64,000 bases of DNA from the IMG/VR virus record IMGVR_UViG_3300045988_083782, one strand, 5' to 3'. Under the pieces are notes generated by a model. That model was given only the letters and a program-made list of their open reading frames with translations. It was not told where the DNA came from and ran no database searches. Positions 18,123 through 25,990 of this stretch are shown here, piece by piece. The position numbers and the translations under genes are program-made. Source of the DNA: a virus. Each line of letters begins with the position of its first letter. Position 1 is the first letter of the stretch.

Positions 18123-18657
18123 AAAGTTGTCTTAGTTTTGCTCTTGCCTTATTGAGACACGTTTTCACGGTTGCCTCAGGAATAGCAAGCTCTTCGGATA
18201 TTTGATGGTAAGACTTCCCATCTAGGCGAGCATAGATAAGATCCCTATACTTCTTACGAAGCAATGGAATACATTTCATAATAACTTCTACATTCTGACT
18301 TAAAATCATCTGTTCTTCAGGGCTCTTTGTATTAGAATCAAGTTGACCAGTATATTCATCATCATCAATATAGTTGTTAAGTTGCTCTTTTTTAGTTCTT
18401 CTTATATAGTCAATTGAAGTATTAACAGCAATTGTTTTTAACCACATTTCAAATGAAATATGACTTACATAAGTTTGAAGCTTCTCGTAAACCTTTGTAA
18501 ATACTACTGATGTTAAATCATCTGCTACATCACTGTTTTTAACAATGTTATAAATAGTAAACCAAATAGTTTTATTATACTTTTGATATAACTTTGAGAA
18601 TGCTTTCTCAGAACCGTCTCTAGCTTGCTCTACTAAAAGTTTTTCTTCCTCTTTCAT
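18106..18657 (-). CDS. sigma-70 family (ECF-like) RNA polymerase sigma factor
   Basis: 183-aa ORF. The region 2-like segment is DDLTSVVFTKVYEKL..WLKTIAVNTSIDYIRR. The region 4 HTH is SYHQISEELAIPEATVKTCLNKARAKLR. Confidence 0.7.
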   Translation of the reverse strand: MKEEEKLLVEQARDGSEKAFSKLYQKYNKTIWFTIYNIVKNSDVADDLTSVVFTKVYEKLQTYVSHISFEMWLKTIAVNTSIDYIRRTKKEQLNNYIDDDEYTGQLDSNTKSPEEQMILSQNVEVIMKCIPLLRKKYRDLIYARLDGKSYHQISEELAIPEATVKTCLNKARAKLRQLFEDYK

Positions 18658-18706
18658 AGTGCTAGATTATAGTGATATGCGGTCAACCCAATGACCGCAT
18701 ACCGTA

Positions 18707-19225
18707 TTAGAATGGTACTTTCTCGATGTTATCGATTCTCCACTCTGTAATTGCTCTCTTGCGGGCCCAATATAAATCTTGGATCCATTTACCGTATAGG
18801 AGCAATGTAGATTTGTCAATTGACTCTACAGACATAATCATACTATATCCAATTCGTAATCGAACTACTTCTGTCTTACTTTGCGTAGCAATAGTAGATA
18901 ACATATAGTTGAATAAGTTTCTTTCGAGCCAATCAATAATGTACTTAATAGTACGATTATTGCGACAAGTTAAATTAAGACCTGCAAGCAATGCACCGTC
19001 ACCATTATTAACATGCATAAGTCCATACCATGTTTCTCCCTCTTTCCATCTGCCAGTAAATACTGGAAATGGTGTTACTGTATTTTGGTCAATAACAATA
19101 GGTACACTAGCTGGATAATACTGACATTCTGCATTCAAGCGCTTGTTAATTTCTTTCTTTAACTCGTCAAAAGTAATTTGAGTATCTTTATACATACACA
19201 AATTTGGAGGTACTTCTGTATTCAT
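18707..19225 (-). CDS. hypothetical protein
   Basis: 172-aa ORF. Confidence 0.5.
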   Translation of the reverse strand: MNTEVPPNLCMYKDTQITFDELKKEINKRLNAECQYYPASVPIVIDQNTVTPFPVFTGRWKEGETWYGLMHVNNGDGALLAGLNLTCRNNRTIKYIIDWLERNLFNYMLSTIATQSKTEVVRLRIGYSMIMSVESIDKSTLLLYGKWIQDLYWARKRAITEWRIDNIEKVPF

Positions 19226-19680
19226 TATTGTGCCATTTTAGTACGACGTATAATTTCCTTCAAAATAGTACCTACCTGCGACTTAGAATACCTTGTATTC
19301 TTAAGTAGATAGATTGTGAATTTTGGTTCCCAATTGTCTTTATACAAAGACAAATATTCTTTGTATGTGCTAACCCATTCGTTGAATTGTTTGTCACTAT
19401 ACTCGACATTCTTGTTAACCTCTTTCTCAAATCCAGACTTTTCGATTGATTCGCTGATACTGGGTAATTCGTAGATATAATCATTAGGATTACAAATAAT
19501 ATCCTGAATTTCAGGATCATTTGGACCTAATACTACAACTTCACCACTTGGAGATGCCATTTTATTCAATAGCACTCCGCTCACAATGTTTAACATCGGA
19601 GCAGTTCCGACTACACGGATTAATACGTTTGTTGTTGCTCCTTGAGCAATATACAAACCTGCTTTTGTTAATTCGACCAT
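19225..19680 (-). CDS. hypothetical protein
   Basis: 151-aa ORF with start and stop coupled to its neighbours. Confidence 0.5.
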   Translation of the reverse strand: MVELTKAGLYIAQGATTNVLIRVVGTAPMLNIVSGVLLNKMASPSGEVVVLGPNDPEIQDIICNPNDYIYELPSISESIEKSGFEKEVNKNVEYSDKQFNEWVSTYKEYLSLYKDNWEPKFTIYLLKNTRYSKSQVGTILKEIIRRTKMAQ

Positions 19681-19683
19681 ATT

Positions 19684-19881
19684 TTACTCTTTATAGAATT
19701 GATTTGCTACAAATAACGCATCATTCATTGACAAATTGAATTTGTCTTTAACTTTAGTTGCAAACGATGTTTTACTAGAACTTGATTGCATTAGTTCAAG
19801 CATCTTTTCCTTTGCACCTGGAGTATTGAATCTCACCCAACGAGTGACTTCAATTGCTGGCTTTTGTGTATTTACTTCCAT
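19684..19881 (-). CDS. hypothetical protein
   Basis: 65-aa ORF in a tight gene array. Confidence 0.4.
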   Translation of the reverse strand: MEVNTQKPAIEVTRWVRFNTPGAKEKMLELMQSSSSKTSFATKVKDKFNLSMNDALFVANQFYKE

Positions 19882-20162
19882 TTCTGTTGATTTTCTAAAA
19901 TAGTATTATATACTTCATTCCATTTACTATAATCAGGGTCATTTGGACTGAATAAAGTTAGAAATCCAGTATTCTCAAATAAGTGCACTATTCGAGCTAC
20001 AGAATGTCTGTGCATATTCTTGGCAGCACTTTTCTTGCGCCATTCATATGGTACAAACCTAGTATACACATAATTAACAAACTTTGTCAACACTCTGTGT
20101 TGACGTAGAGCAATATACCATTCTGATGGCATACGATCTTTAATTGCGTCTTTTACACCCAT
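19872..20162 (-). CDS. hypothetical protein
   Basis: 96-aa ORF. Confidence 0.45.
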   Translation of the reverse strand: MGVKDAIKDRMPSEWYIALRQHRVLTKFVNYVYTRFVPYEWRKKSAAKNMHRHSVARIVHLFENTGFLTLFSPNDPDYSKWNEVYNTILENQQKWK

Positions 20163-20217
20163 ACGCTTTTCATTTTTATTGATTAAAAATTTAATAATAC
20201 TTTATAGATCAAATAGG

Positions 20218-20442
20218 TCATAAATTTACTGCTCTTCTGCTGACATTAGAAATTATTTCATAAGCTATAAAGGGAGAAATCATCCCTATTCCGTGCAATC
20301 TATGAATTTCTTTTTTAATATCGCAAAGTAATGATAAATCGTCTATAGTGTTACAATAACTATTACTAATACAGCTCATTGCTTTACTAGTAAGATCTCC
20401 TTGTCTATATTTCTTACCATGTTTTTTCTTACCTCTTGCCAT
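20218..20442 (-). CDS. hypothetical basic protein
   Basis: 74-aa ORF. Confidence 0.4.
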   Translation of the reverse strand: MARGKKKHGKKYRQGDLTSKAMSCISNSYCNTIDDLSLLCDIKKEIHRLHGIGMISPFIAYEIISNVSRRAVNL

Positions 20443-20443
20443 A

Positions 20444-20536
20444 TTACATATGATTTAGTAAATCAGTAATGATATACCATTCAATGAATATAACAATACC
20501 TAAAAACAGTAAGATAAGATATTGATACCATTTCAT
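20444..20536 (-). CDS. possible 30-aa transmembrane peptide
   Basis: Reads MKWYQYLILLFLGIVIFIEWYIITDLLNHM. Its stop abuts the next ATG. Confidence 0.3.
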   Translation of the reverse strand: MKWYQYLILLFLGIVIFIEWYIITDLLNHM

Positions 20537-20573
20537 AGTTTCTGTATTATTATGATTTAACAAGTTAAAGGAA

Positions 20574-20639
20574 GGACAAAGGGTGGGATTCGAACCCACC
20601 ATCTCTATTTCTAGCGTATTACCACAATACTACTTTGTC
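20574..20639 (-). ncRNA. truncated tRNA-like RNA 3 (66 nt, no anticodon arm)
   Basis: Acceptor GACAAAG/CTTTGTC pairs 7 of 7, followed by U8 A9. The D-arm is GTAT-TGTGGTA-ATAC and the T-arm is GGTGGG-TTCGAAT-CCCACC. A CTA-GAAA-TAG mini-hairpin replaces the anticodon arm. Confidence 0.45.
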
Positions 20640-20953
20640 TTATTAAGTTCTAATATTTTACAGGGTCGAGAGCTTACAACAACACCTAACCAATTTATTA
20701 CACGCAGGGATATGACGTGGCTTTTTACGGCATTAGCTTAGCCGTTTGACTATTCTCAAGCACTCAGGCGAGTATAGTCAGATACGAAAGTTTTGCCAGT
20801 TATTGGCTTTATTGACCTATTCATTCTCTTCTTATCGCTGTCAAAAACCATAATGCCCCAGGTTTATACCGTTCAAAGATTTAAGAACTTGAAGCACGGT
20901 ATCACACTATCAAAAACTCTAGTTCTATTTCCTTAGTAGCTTTTAATAAAGCG

Positions 20954-21066
20954 TGGAGCATGAGGGGGTCGAACCCTCGTCCAAACGACGAATCAAATGA
21001 CCTAACAGTCAATGTGAATAGGCAGTTAACCAAAACTACCTACTCTAATATAAACAAATACTCTCC
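20954..21066 (-). ncRNA. elongated tRNA-like RNA 4 (113 nt)
   Basis: The T-arm is GAGGG-TTCGACC-CCCTC. Acceptor GGAGAGT/ATGCTCC has 5 Watson-Crick pairs, 1 GU and 1 mismatch. There is a D-like hairpin GGTAG-TTTTGGTTAA-CTGCC, and I found no canonical anticodon arm. Confidence 0.3.
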
Positions 21067-21471
21067 TTGTTACATATGTTAGTCCAAAAAATTATTAATT
21101 AGGGGCACATGTAACTCGCACAAAGCATAGATAATATTCATTTAAGATTTTGAAAATTCTGTCTGTATACGGCGCTCAGAATCCTACTCAAGAGCAGAAG
21201 AGCTATACTCGTAAGGGTACAAAGACCACTCAGACTCAAATTGATTTTGTGCTCCTTTATCGTCATTAGACTAGTATCAGATAATCTCTTATCATACGTA
21301 GTACAAGACCATTGTATTCGATACAAAAAGCGCACATGGCAAATTTTTCTTTACTTACTCTTAGTAGATATATATCTACACATGCTGTTAATTCAGCTAA
21401 TCCTAGGATAACTATGTCTATTTTGGACTTATTGACACTGCCTGCTGATCTCGTTCAATCCAATTCAGATA

Positions 21472-21496
21472 AGTAGCCTCTACAAGAGAGGCTACT
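21472..21496 (-). terminator. 10-bp hairpin downstream of the lipoprotein gene
   Basis: AGTAGCCTCT-ACAAG-AGAGGCTACT lies 28 nt past the stop of 21524-21997. The U-tract is weak. Confidence 0.45.
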
Positions 21497-21523
21497 CGAG
21501 TATTTTAATGTAAATAGTTAATG

Positions 21524-21997
21524 TTACCAGTATAATCCGGCAGCATTACAATAGCTTTCACCTTTCGGGTAAGCTTTGTTGAGATTACGAATCTCAGAAC
21601 GTCTTTGTTCACAAAGTTCAGACGCTTCTTTCTCTTTCTGTTCACGGAATGACATCAGTTTCTTACGGTGTTCTTCCGTATCCTTGTCACCGGCAGCATA
21701 CGCGCGATTTTCCTCAGTTTGCAGTTTCAGATACTTGACTTCAAGCTCACCTGTTTTTCTCTTGTAACGAGCCTCGATGGCTGTACGACTCTGTGAGTAT
21801 TCATCAATAATAAGCTGACGTTTTGCTTCATCTTTAGCAAGCTGTTCACGTTCTGTAGCCATCTCCTGTTTTGCAGCTTCTACTGCATTCTTTGAAGGTG
21901 ATTTGAACGAATCTGCTGCGCCGCAAAAAGTTTCAGGGTTAAATTCTTCACACAACAACACTGTTGTCATTAGACAGAAAGATAAATTTGTTTTCAT
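21524..21997 (-). CDS. putative lipoprotein with coiled-coil body
   Basis: 157-aa ORF. The signal peptide with lipobox-like TTVLLC is followed by a charged helical sequence. Confidence 0.5.
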   Translation of the reverse strand: MKTNLSFCLMTTVLLCEEFNPETFCGAADSFKSPSKNAVEAAKQEMATEREQLAKDEAKRQLIIDEYSQSRTAIEARYKRKTGELEVKYLKLQTEENRAYAAGDKDTEEHRKKLMSFREQKEKEASELCEQRRSEIRNLNKAYPKGESYCNAAGLYW

Positions 21998-22022
21998 ACT
22001 TTGATAGTTTTTAATTGTTAAT
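21998..22022 (-). promoter_or_regulatory. conserved start-proximal motif
   Basis: The sense strand reads ATTAACAATTAAAAACTATCAAAGT before the ATG. Confidence 0.45.
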
Positions 22023-22421
22023 AATATAGTTATTTAAACGAAATTCAAAAAGAAGACTACTCTACTTATTTCTAATACTTATTCGTAGATAACCCTTTTC
22101 CTTCTCCTGACCCTATTATAGGGTTGACCGTTGTATAGTCCATAGTACTCTAGCTCACGCTTGTGGCTTCCTTTAGGGGTTTGGTATATTTGTAGTCTTC
22201 GGGGGACTGGTTCACCATTTACTAACATTTAGTTGAGTAAAAAACCTACAGTCTATCTGGCGGAAATCCTGTAGTTCAAAAATTGTAAACTGTAATCCGA
22301 TCATTGATTGCAATTCTGCAAAGCACTTCTACGGTCATACGGATCCATTTTACGGATCTTTTTAGTTGAACGTTTTCGTGCCTGAGCTTTCTGAGAAAGC
22401 TTTGAGCCTGGATATGAGTCC

Positions 22422-22847
22422 TTAAAGGTTTTTCCCATTTTTGTCAGTAGTAAGAATCGTTAATAATCCTTTTGCCAATTTACTGTAATAAGCACCATGT
22501 AAGTCCATACCTATAACATGATCTCTTTTAGACATTGGTCCTGTGGCAAGTGCTTGCAGTATAGGCATCTCAATCAGATTACTGGTAACACATTCTAGAA
22601 ATCTGTTTGTGATGTCTGCACTGTGAAAATCAATCAATTCATTGACTGCTTTCAAAGCTTTGATAAACTTACTGTCTTCAATGTCTGTGCAAGCTCTTAC
22701 ACATTCACCTCCTGGCAGTAAATCTTCATCACTTAGTACATTAATACCAATTGTACTGACATTTAGCATTTCTGCTAATTTAGCCCCAAGCTCTGTTACT
22801 TGGTCTTCGCTAATCCTGTTAGGAACAGCAATAATAATTAATTCCAT
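22422..22847 (-). CDS. hypothetical protein
   Basis: I chose the start at MELIIIAVPN (22847), which is directly preceded by the conserved motif. The track ORF starts at 22907. Confidence 0.5.
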   Translation of the reverse strand: MELIIIAVPNRISEDQVTELGAKLAEMLNVSTIGINVLSDEDLLPGGECVRACTDIEDSKFIKALKAVNELIDFHSADITNRFLECVTSNLIEMPILQALATGPMSKRDHVIGMDLHGAYYSKLAKGLLTILTTDKNGKNL

Positions 22848-22870
22848 TTTGATAATGTAATTTAAGTTAT
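22848..22870 (-). promoter_or_regulatory. conserved start-proximal motif
   Basis: The sense strand reads ATAACTTAAATTACATTATCAAA before the ATG. Confidence 0.45.
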
Positions 22871-23107
22871 TTACTTGGAAATATTCTTTCCGATTTGATG
22901 CACACAATACTCGTGTTCATGATATTTCTGATGACAACGAGTGCAGTAAATTCTCTGCTTTAACTTCTTTCCATCAACATTCTCAGGATCAAAGTCATTA
23001 ATCCAAGCATGACCATGCCTTGCACAGTATGCTTCTTTACTTTTCTGAATACTAAAATAAGATTTAATCCATTTCAGTACAGATTTTAATTTGTTTGGTT
23101 TATCCAT
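22871..23107 (-). CDS. small Cys/His-rich (zinc-binding?) protein
   Basis: 78-aa ORF with CARHGHAW...CTRCHQKYHEHEYC. Confidence 0.45.
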   Translation of the reverse strand: MDKPNKLKSVLKWIKSYFSIQKSKEAYCARHGHAWINDFDPENVDGKKLKQRIYCTRCHQKYHEHEYCVHQIGKNISK

Positions 23108-23493
23108 TTTACATAATATTTAAAATTTTAATGTTAATACTAATTTGATGACGTCTACTATTCTGCACCATAGTAGAATGTTAATAAAGACAACTCTTTG
23201 TCTTGGTATTATGCAGATACCACGTTTGCTACATACACTAACTTATTAAGCATGAAATCTTGTAACTAATTAATCTTAACTCCCACTAAGCACTTTTAAA
23301 GTTATGCAGAAATCACGTGGAAATGAAATCTTACTAACTACCTGATTTTTACGTCCGCACGATCATAAGTATAGATGTAATAACTCTTTGCACGTCACGA
23401 TACATCTACGTGAACAGTGACTGATCTGAGTTTCTAATATACTTACTTACGCCCCACAGGTTTGTCATTTTCTGATGATTTAAAGTAATTTAA

Positions 23494-23513
23494 AGAGAGA
23501 TCGCTATCTCTCT
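23494..23513 (-). terminator. hairpin just after the stop of 23521-23922
   Basis: AGAGAGAT-CGCT-ATCTCTCT forms a perfect 8-bp stem, followed on the minus strand by TTAAATT. Confidence 0.5.
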
Positions 23514-23520
23514 TATGAAC

Positions 23521-23922
23521 TTAGAAATTTAAGCGAATATTATCCGCAAATCTATCGTCTTGTCCAATTATCCAATCACGGATTGTGTGAAATTCTTCAA
23601 CAGTAACCCACTTATTTAATATACATGGAGCACTGCCTACAGCATCTTTAGCTTCTTCTAATCCTAAGCCAAATGCATCTCGTATTAGTTTAACAAAGAC
23701 TATTCTATCACACTTTGGTGGAATAATAAGTACTTTATACTTGACATTACTAGATGATGAATTAGAATCTTTTTTGTTCTTTGTTTTTATAAGAGTACCA
23801 ATAAACTCTGATGAACCGTAACCTTCAATTTTATCTAGATTGTCTAAAGCAGTAATAAGCATATCTAATGTTATGCCTTCTTTATGCAACTGTTCAAGTG
23901 CATATCTTGTAATTATATCCAT
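23521..23922 (-). CDS. protein with ribosomal L7/L12 C-terminal-domain-like region
   Basis: The C-terminal VFVKLIRDAFGLGLEEAKDAVGSAPCILNKWVTVEEF parallels bacterial bL12 [38 protein letters not shown]. The N-terminus resembles that of 26044-26661. Confidence 0.6.
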   Translation of the reverse strand: MDIITRYALEQLHKEGITLDMLITALDNLDKIEGYGSSEFIGTLIKTKNKKDSNSSSSNVKYKVLIIPPKCDRIVFVKLIRDAFGLGLEEAKDAVGSAPCILNKWVTVEEFHTIRDWIIGQDDRFADNIRLNF

Positions 23923-23945
23923 TTTGATAATGTTTAAAGTTAATA
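23923..23945 (-). promoter_or_regulatory. conserved start-proximal motif
   Basis: The sense strand reads TATTAACTTTAAACATTATCAAA before the ATG. Confidence 0.45.
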
Positions 23946-23988
23946 CTGAATACAGCTATTCTCACGAACCGCTGTATATAATCTGAAC

Positions 23989-24432
23989 TTAATTCAAATG
24001 AGCCGAATCTGTTTTGTGAATTACATTTTTCTGTATTTCCGAGCCCCAGATGACATTCTTATACAAGTCTGGATTAGCTTCATACTCCTGAACAATCTGT
24101 TCAATTGTAGATTCTGTACCAATCTTCATAAGAACTGCAATTAATGCAGCTTCCGGCATAGCCATAAATACTGAGTCTTTCCTTTGCGACTCTTTTGTAA
24201 GTTTACGAGCCTCTAATACCTCCTGTACAGTTGGCATTTTAATAGTGTCTCGTTTAATGACCGGTTCAACAGTCATAACTTCGTCCTGTTCCTGATGGAA
24301 CATGTTGTTGATTTTGCGATTTACTTCACCTGATTTTCCCCATTGTAGTCCTAAAAATACAATAGCTCCAATCACGATAATAATAAATGCCCACAAACCT
24401 GCCCACTTATATGGGCTTCTTTTTTCATCCAT
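23989..24432 (-). CDS. membrane-anchored hypothetical protein
   Basis: I chose the start at MDEKRSPYKWAGLWAFIIIVIGAIVFLG (24432), which is preceded by the motif. Confidence 0.5.
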   Translation of the reverse strand: MDEKRSPYKWAGLWAFIIIVIGAIVFLGLQWGKSGEVNRKINNMFHQEQDEVMTVEPVIKRDTIKMPTVQEVLEARKLTKESQRKDSVFMAMPEAALIAVLMKIGTESTIEQIVQEYEANPDLYKNVIWGSEIQKNVIHKTDSAHLN

Positions 24433-24460
24433 CTTTGATAATGGTTTTAAATTGTTAAAC
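24433..24460 (-). promoter_or_regulatory. conserved start-proximal motif
   Basis: The sense strand reads GTTTAACAATTTAAAACCATTATCAAAG before the ATG. Confidence 0.5.
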
Positions 24461-24703
24461 TTTATTGAACTTATCAAGCACAATACTTGTGCTCTTTTCT
24501 TTGATCTTGATTAGATGATTTAAAGCTTTCATAGCCCTCCGAATGTACTTAATTTCTTCATCAGTAAGTTCCATGAATTCACTTTCCTTATTGTGTTGAA
24601 TTAAGTTATTTAGATTACTATATACTAATGCATATCTACCACCTATTAGGTTTCGTTTGCACTGCATCCAAGATCTTGAATTCCAAACATGCTGCTTATT
24701 CAT
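24455..24703 (-). CDS. hypothetical protein
   Basis: 82-aa ORF. Confidence 0.45.
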   Translation of the reverse strand: MNKQHVWNSRSWMQCKRNLIGGRYALVYSNLNNLIQHNKESEFMELTDEEIKYIRRAMKALNHLIKIKEKSTSIVLDKFNKV

Positions 24704-24993
24704 AGGCTATCACGATGTTCACGAAGCCAATCAGAAATATTCATCCAATACTTAAGTCCTTCTTCAGTACGACCCCAAGGAAACATTCTATTTAACCATA
24801 TATATCCATTTCCATTCCATTCTTTGTATTTACAATCATAATTCTCTGGAAAGAAAGTAGGATAATATATTAAAGAATATTCTAAGAATTTACTTAGAAC
24901 CTTAAAGTGCAACAAAGTATGTAATAGACTATACGGCATATTTACAATTAAATCATGCCTTAATTGCTGTTTTCTTTTTTTTGTTAGTTTCAT
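24700..24993 (-). CDS. hypothetical protein, paralogue of 24990-25274
   Basis: 97-aa ORF sharing MPY..LH.LL...L and W.N....W....EG...W.NI with its neighbour. Confidence 0.5.
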   Translation of the reverse strand: MKLTKKRKQQLRHDLIVNMPYSLLHTLLHFKVLSKFLEYSLIYYPTFFPENYDCKYKEWNGNGYIWLNRMFPWGRTEEGLKYWMNISDWLREHRDSL

Positions 24994-25274
24994 AAGCCTC
25001 GTTTTATTTTTATGGCAGCTTGTTCAAAGATATTTACCCAAAATTCTCTTCCTTCAGGAGTGTATTTCCAATAGAATGCACTATTTAGCCATACTAATGG
25101 ATTGTTACTACATGTATAGTAAATGCTACTAAAAAAGTCAGCTTTAGTAGAAAGTACATTATTACAGTACAAACCTAATGCTTTGTTTTTTAGAAGTACA
25201 TGTAATATTACATATGGCATATATACTAACAATTTGTGTTTATACTCCTTTCTGGTTAGTTCCTTTCTTTTCAC
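24990..25274 (-). CDS. hypothetical protein, paralogue of 24700-24993
   Basis: 94-aa ORF forming a tandem duplicate with its neighbour. Confidence 0.5.
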   Translation of the reverse strand: MKRKELTRKEYKHKLLVYMPYVILHVLLKNKALGLYCNNVLSTKADFFSSIYYTCSNNPLVWLNSAFYWKYTPEGREFWVNIFEQAAIKIKRGL

Positions 25275-25561
25275 TTGATTGTATCTCCTATGAATTTATT
25301 GAAATAAATATAGTCCTTAACAAGTATAACATAATCTACTCTTAATTCATTCTCGTGTATATACGGATTGTATAATTTCAATTTGTATGTATTATCCTTG
25401 TTTTCTTTTCCTACTATTATACAATTCTTATAGGTATTCTTCATCTCAATATAATTATACACTTTCGGATGACGATCGTGTAAATATATAAGACCTAGAG
25501 TAATAATAAGAATCAGTATAATTGTAGTACTAATATTATTCAGGATATAACTCCCTTTCAT
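25271..25561 (-). CDS. membrane-anchored hypothetical protein
   Basis: 96-aa ORF with an N-terminal TM helix. Confidence 0.45.
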   Translation of the reverse strand: MKGSYILNNISTTIILILIITLGLIYLHDRHPKVYNYIEMKNTYKNCIIVGKENKDNTYKLKLYNPYIHENELRVDYVILVKDYIYFNKFIGDTIK

Positions 25562-25773
25562 AGTGGTTCTACATTTAATCCAAGATGTTGCAATTTATTA
25601 ATAGCAGTCTCACTATCAACAGTTAAAGTTATTTCTTCTCCTGCTTGTAGTTTAGACATCATAAGAGTATAACCAAAGTTAGAGATACCAGCAGTTGCAT
25701 GTTGGTTAAATACTTTGATCGGCTCGAGTCTGTTTTTACAGTCTCCAATTTTGATTTTGATAATCTTTTCCAT
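25558..25773 (-). CDS. hypothetical protein
   Basis: I chose the start at MEKIIKIKIG (25773). The track ORF starts at 25821. Confidence 0.4.
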   Translation of the reverse strand: MEKIIKIKIGDCKNRLEPIKVFNQHATAGISNFGYTLMMSKLQAGEEITLTVDSETAINKLQHLGLNVEPL

Positions 25774-25908
25774 AATATCTGTATATTTATAATTATAAAT
25801 GTTTACAAATAAAAATAGCAATACCTACTTCACAGTAGCATTTGCTATTAAGAGTTCTCCTTCTATCGAGTTAATAAAACGAATACATACAATCACGCTT
25901 GATTGTAG

Positions 25909-25990
25909 TGCTAGTTCAAGGATTCGAACCTCGATGGATTCCTCCACATTCTCAATGAGAATGCGCGTCTACCAATTCCGCCAAACTAGC
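25909..25990 (-). tRNA. type II Leu-like tRNA with non-canonical anticodon loop
   Basis: The 82-nt cloverleaf starts with acceptor GCTAGTT/AACTAGC and discriminator A. The D-arm GGCGGAATTGGTAGACGC is typical of tRNA-Leu. The variable arm is TGGA-GGAA-TCCA and the T-arm is CGAGG-TTCGAAT-CCTTG. The anticodon stem CATTC/GAATG carries loop TCATTGA, giving C33 and a nominal anticodon ATT. That stem can also extend to 7 bp. Confidence 0.55.

Noticed and set aside
21138-21335. 65-aa minus-strand ORF inside the ORF-free island.
   Set aside because: It lacks the start motif and has poor coding character. It is isolated between structured elements.
25909-25990. Leu-like tRNA as a UGA or UAA suppressor (TCA is present in the loop).
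   Set aside because: With the only stable 5-bp stem, TCA occupies positions 32-34 rather than 34-36. TGA and TAA also clearly act as gene terminators throughout the window.
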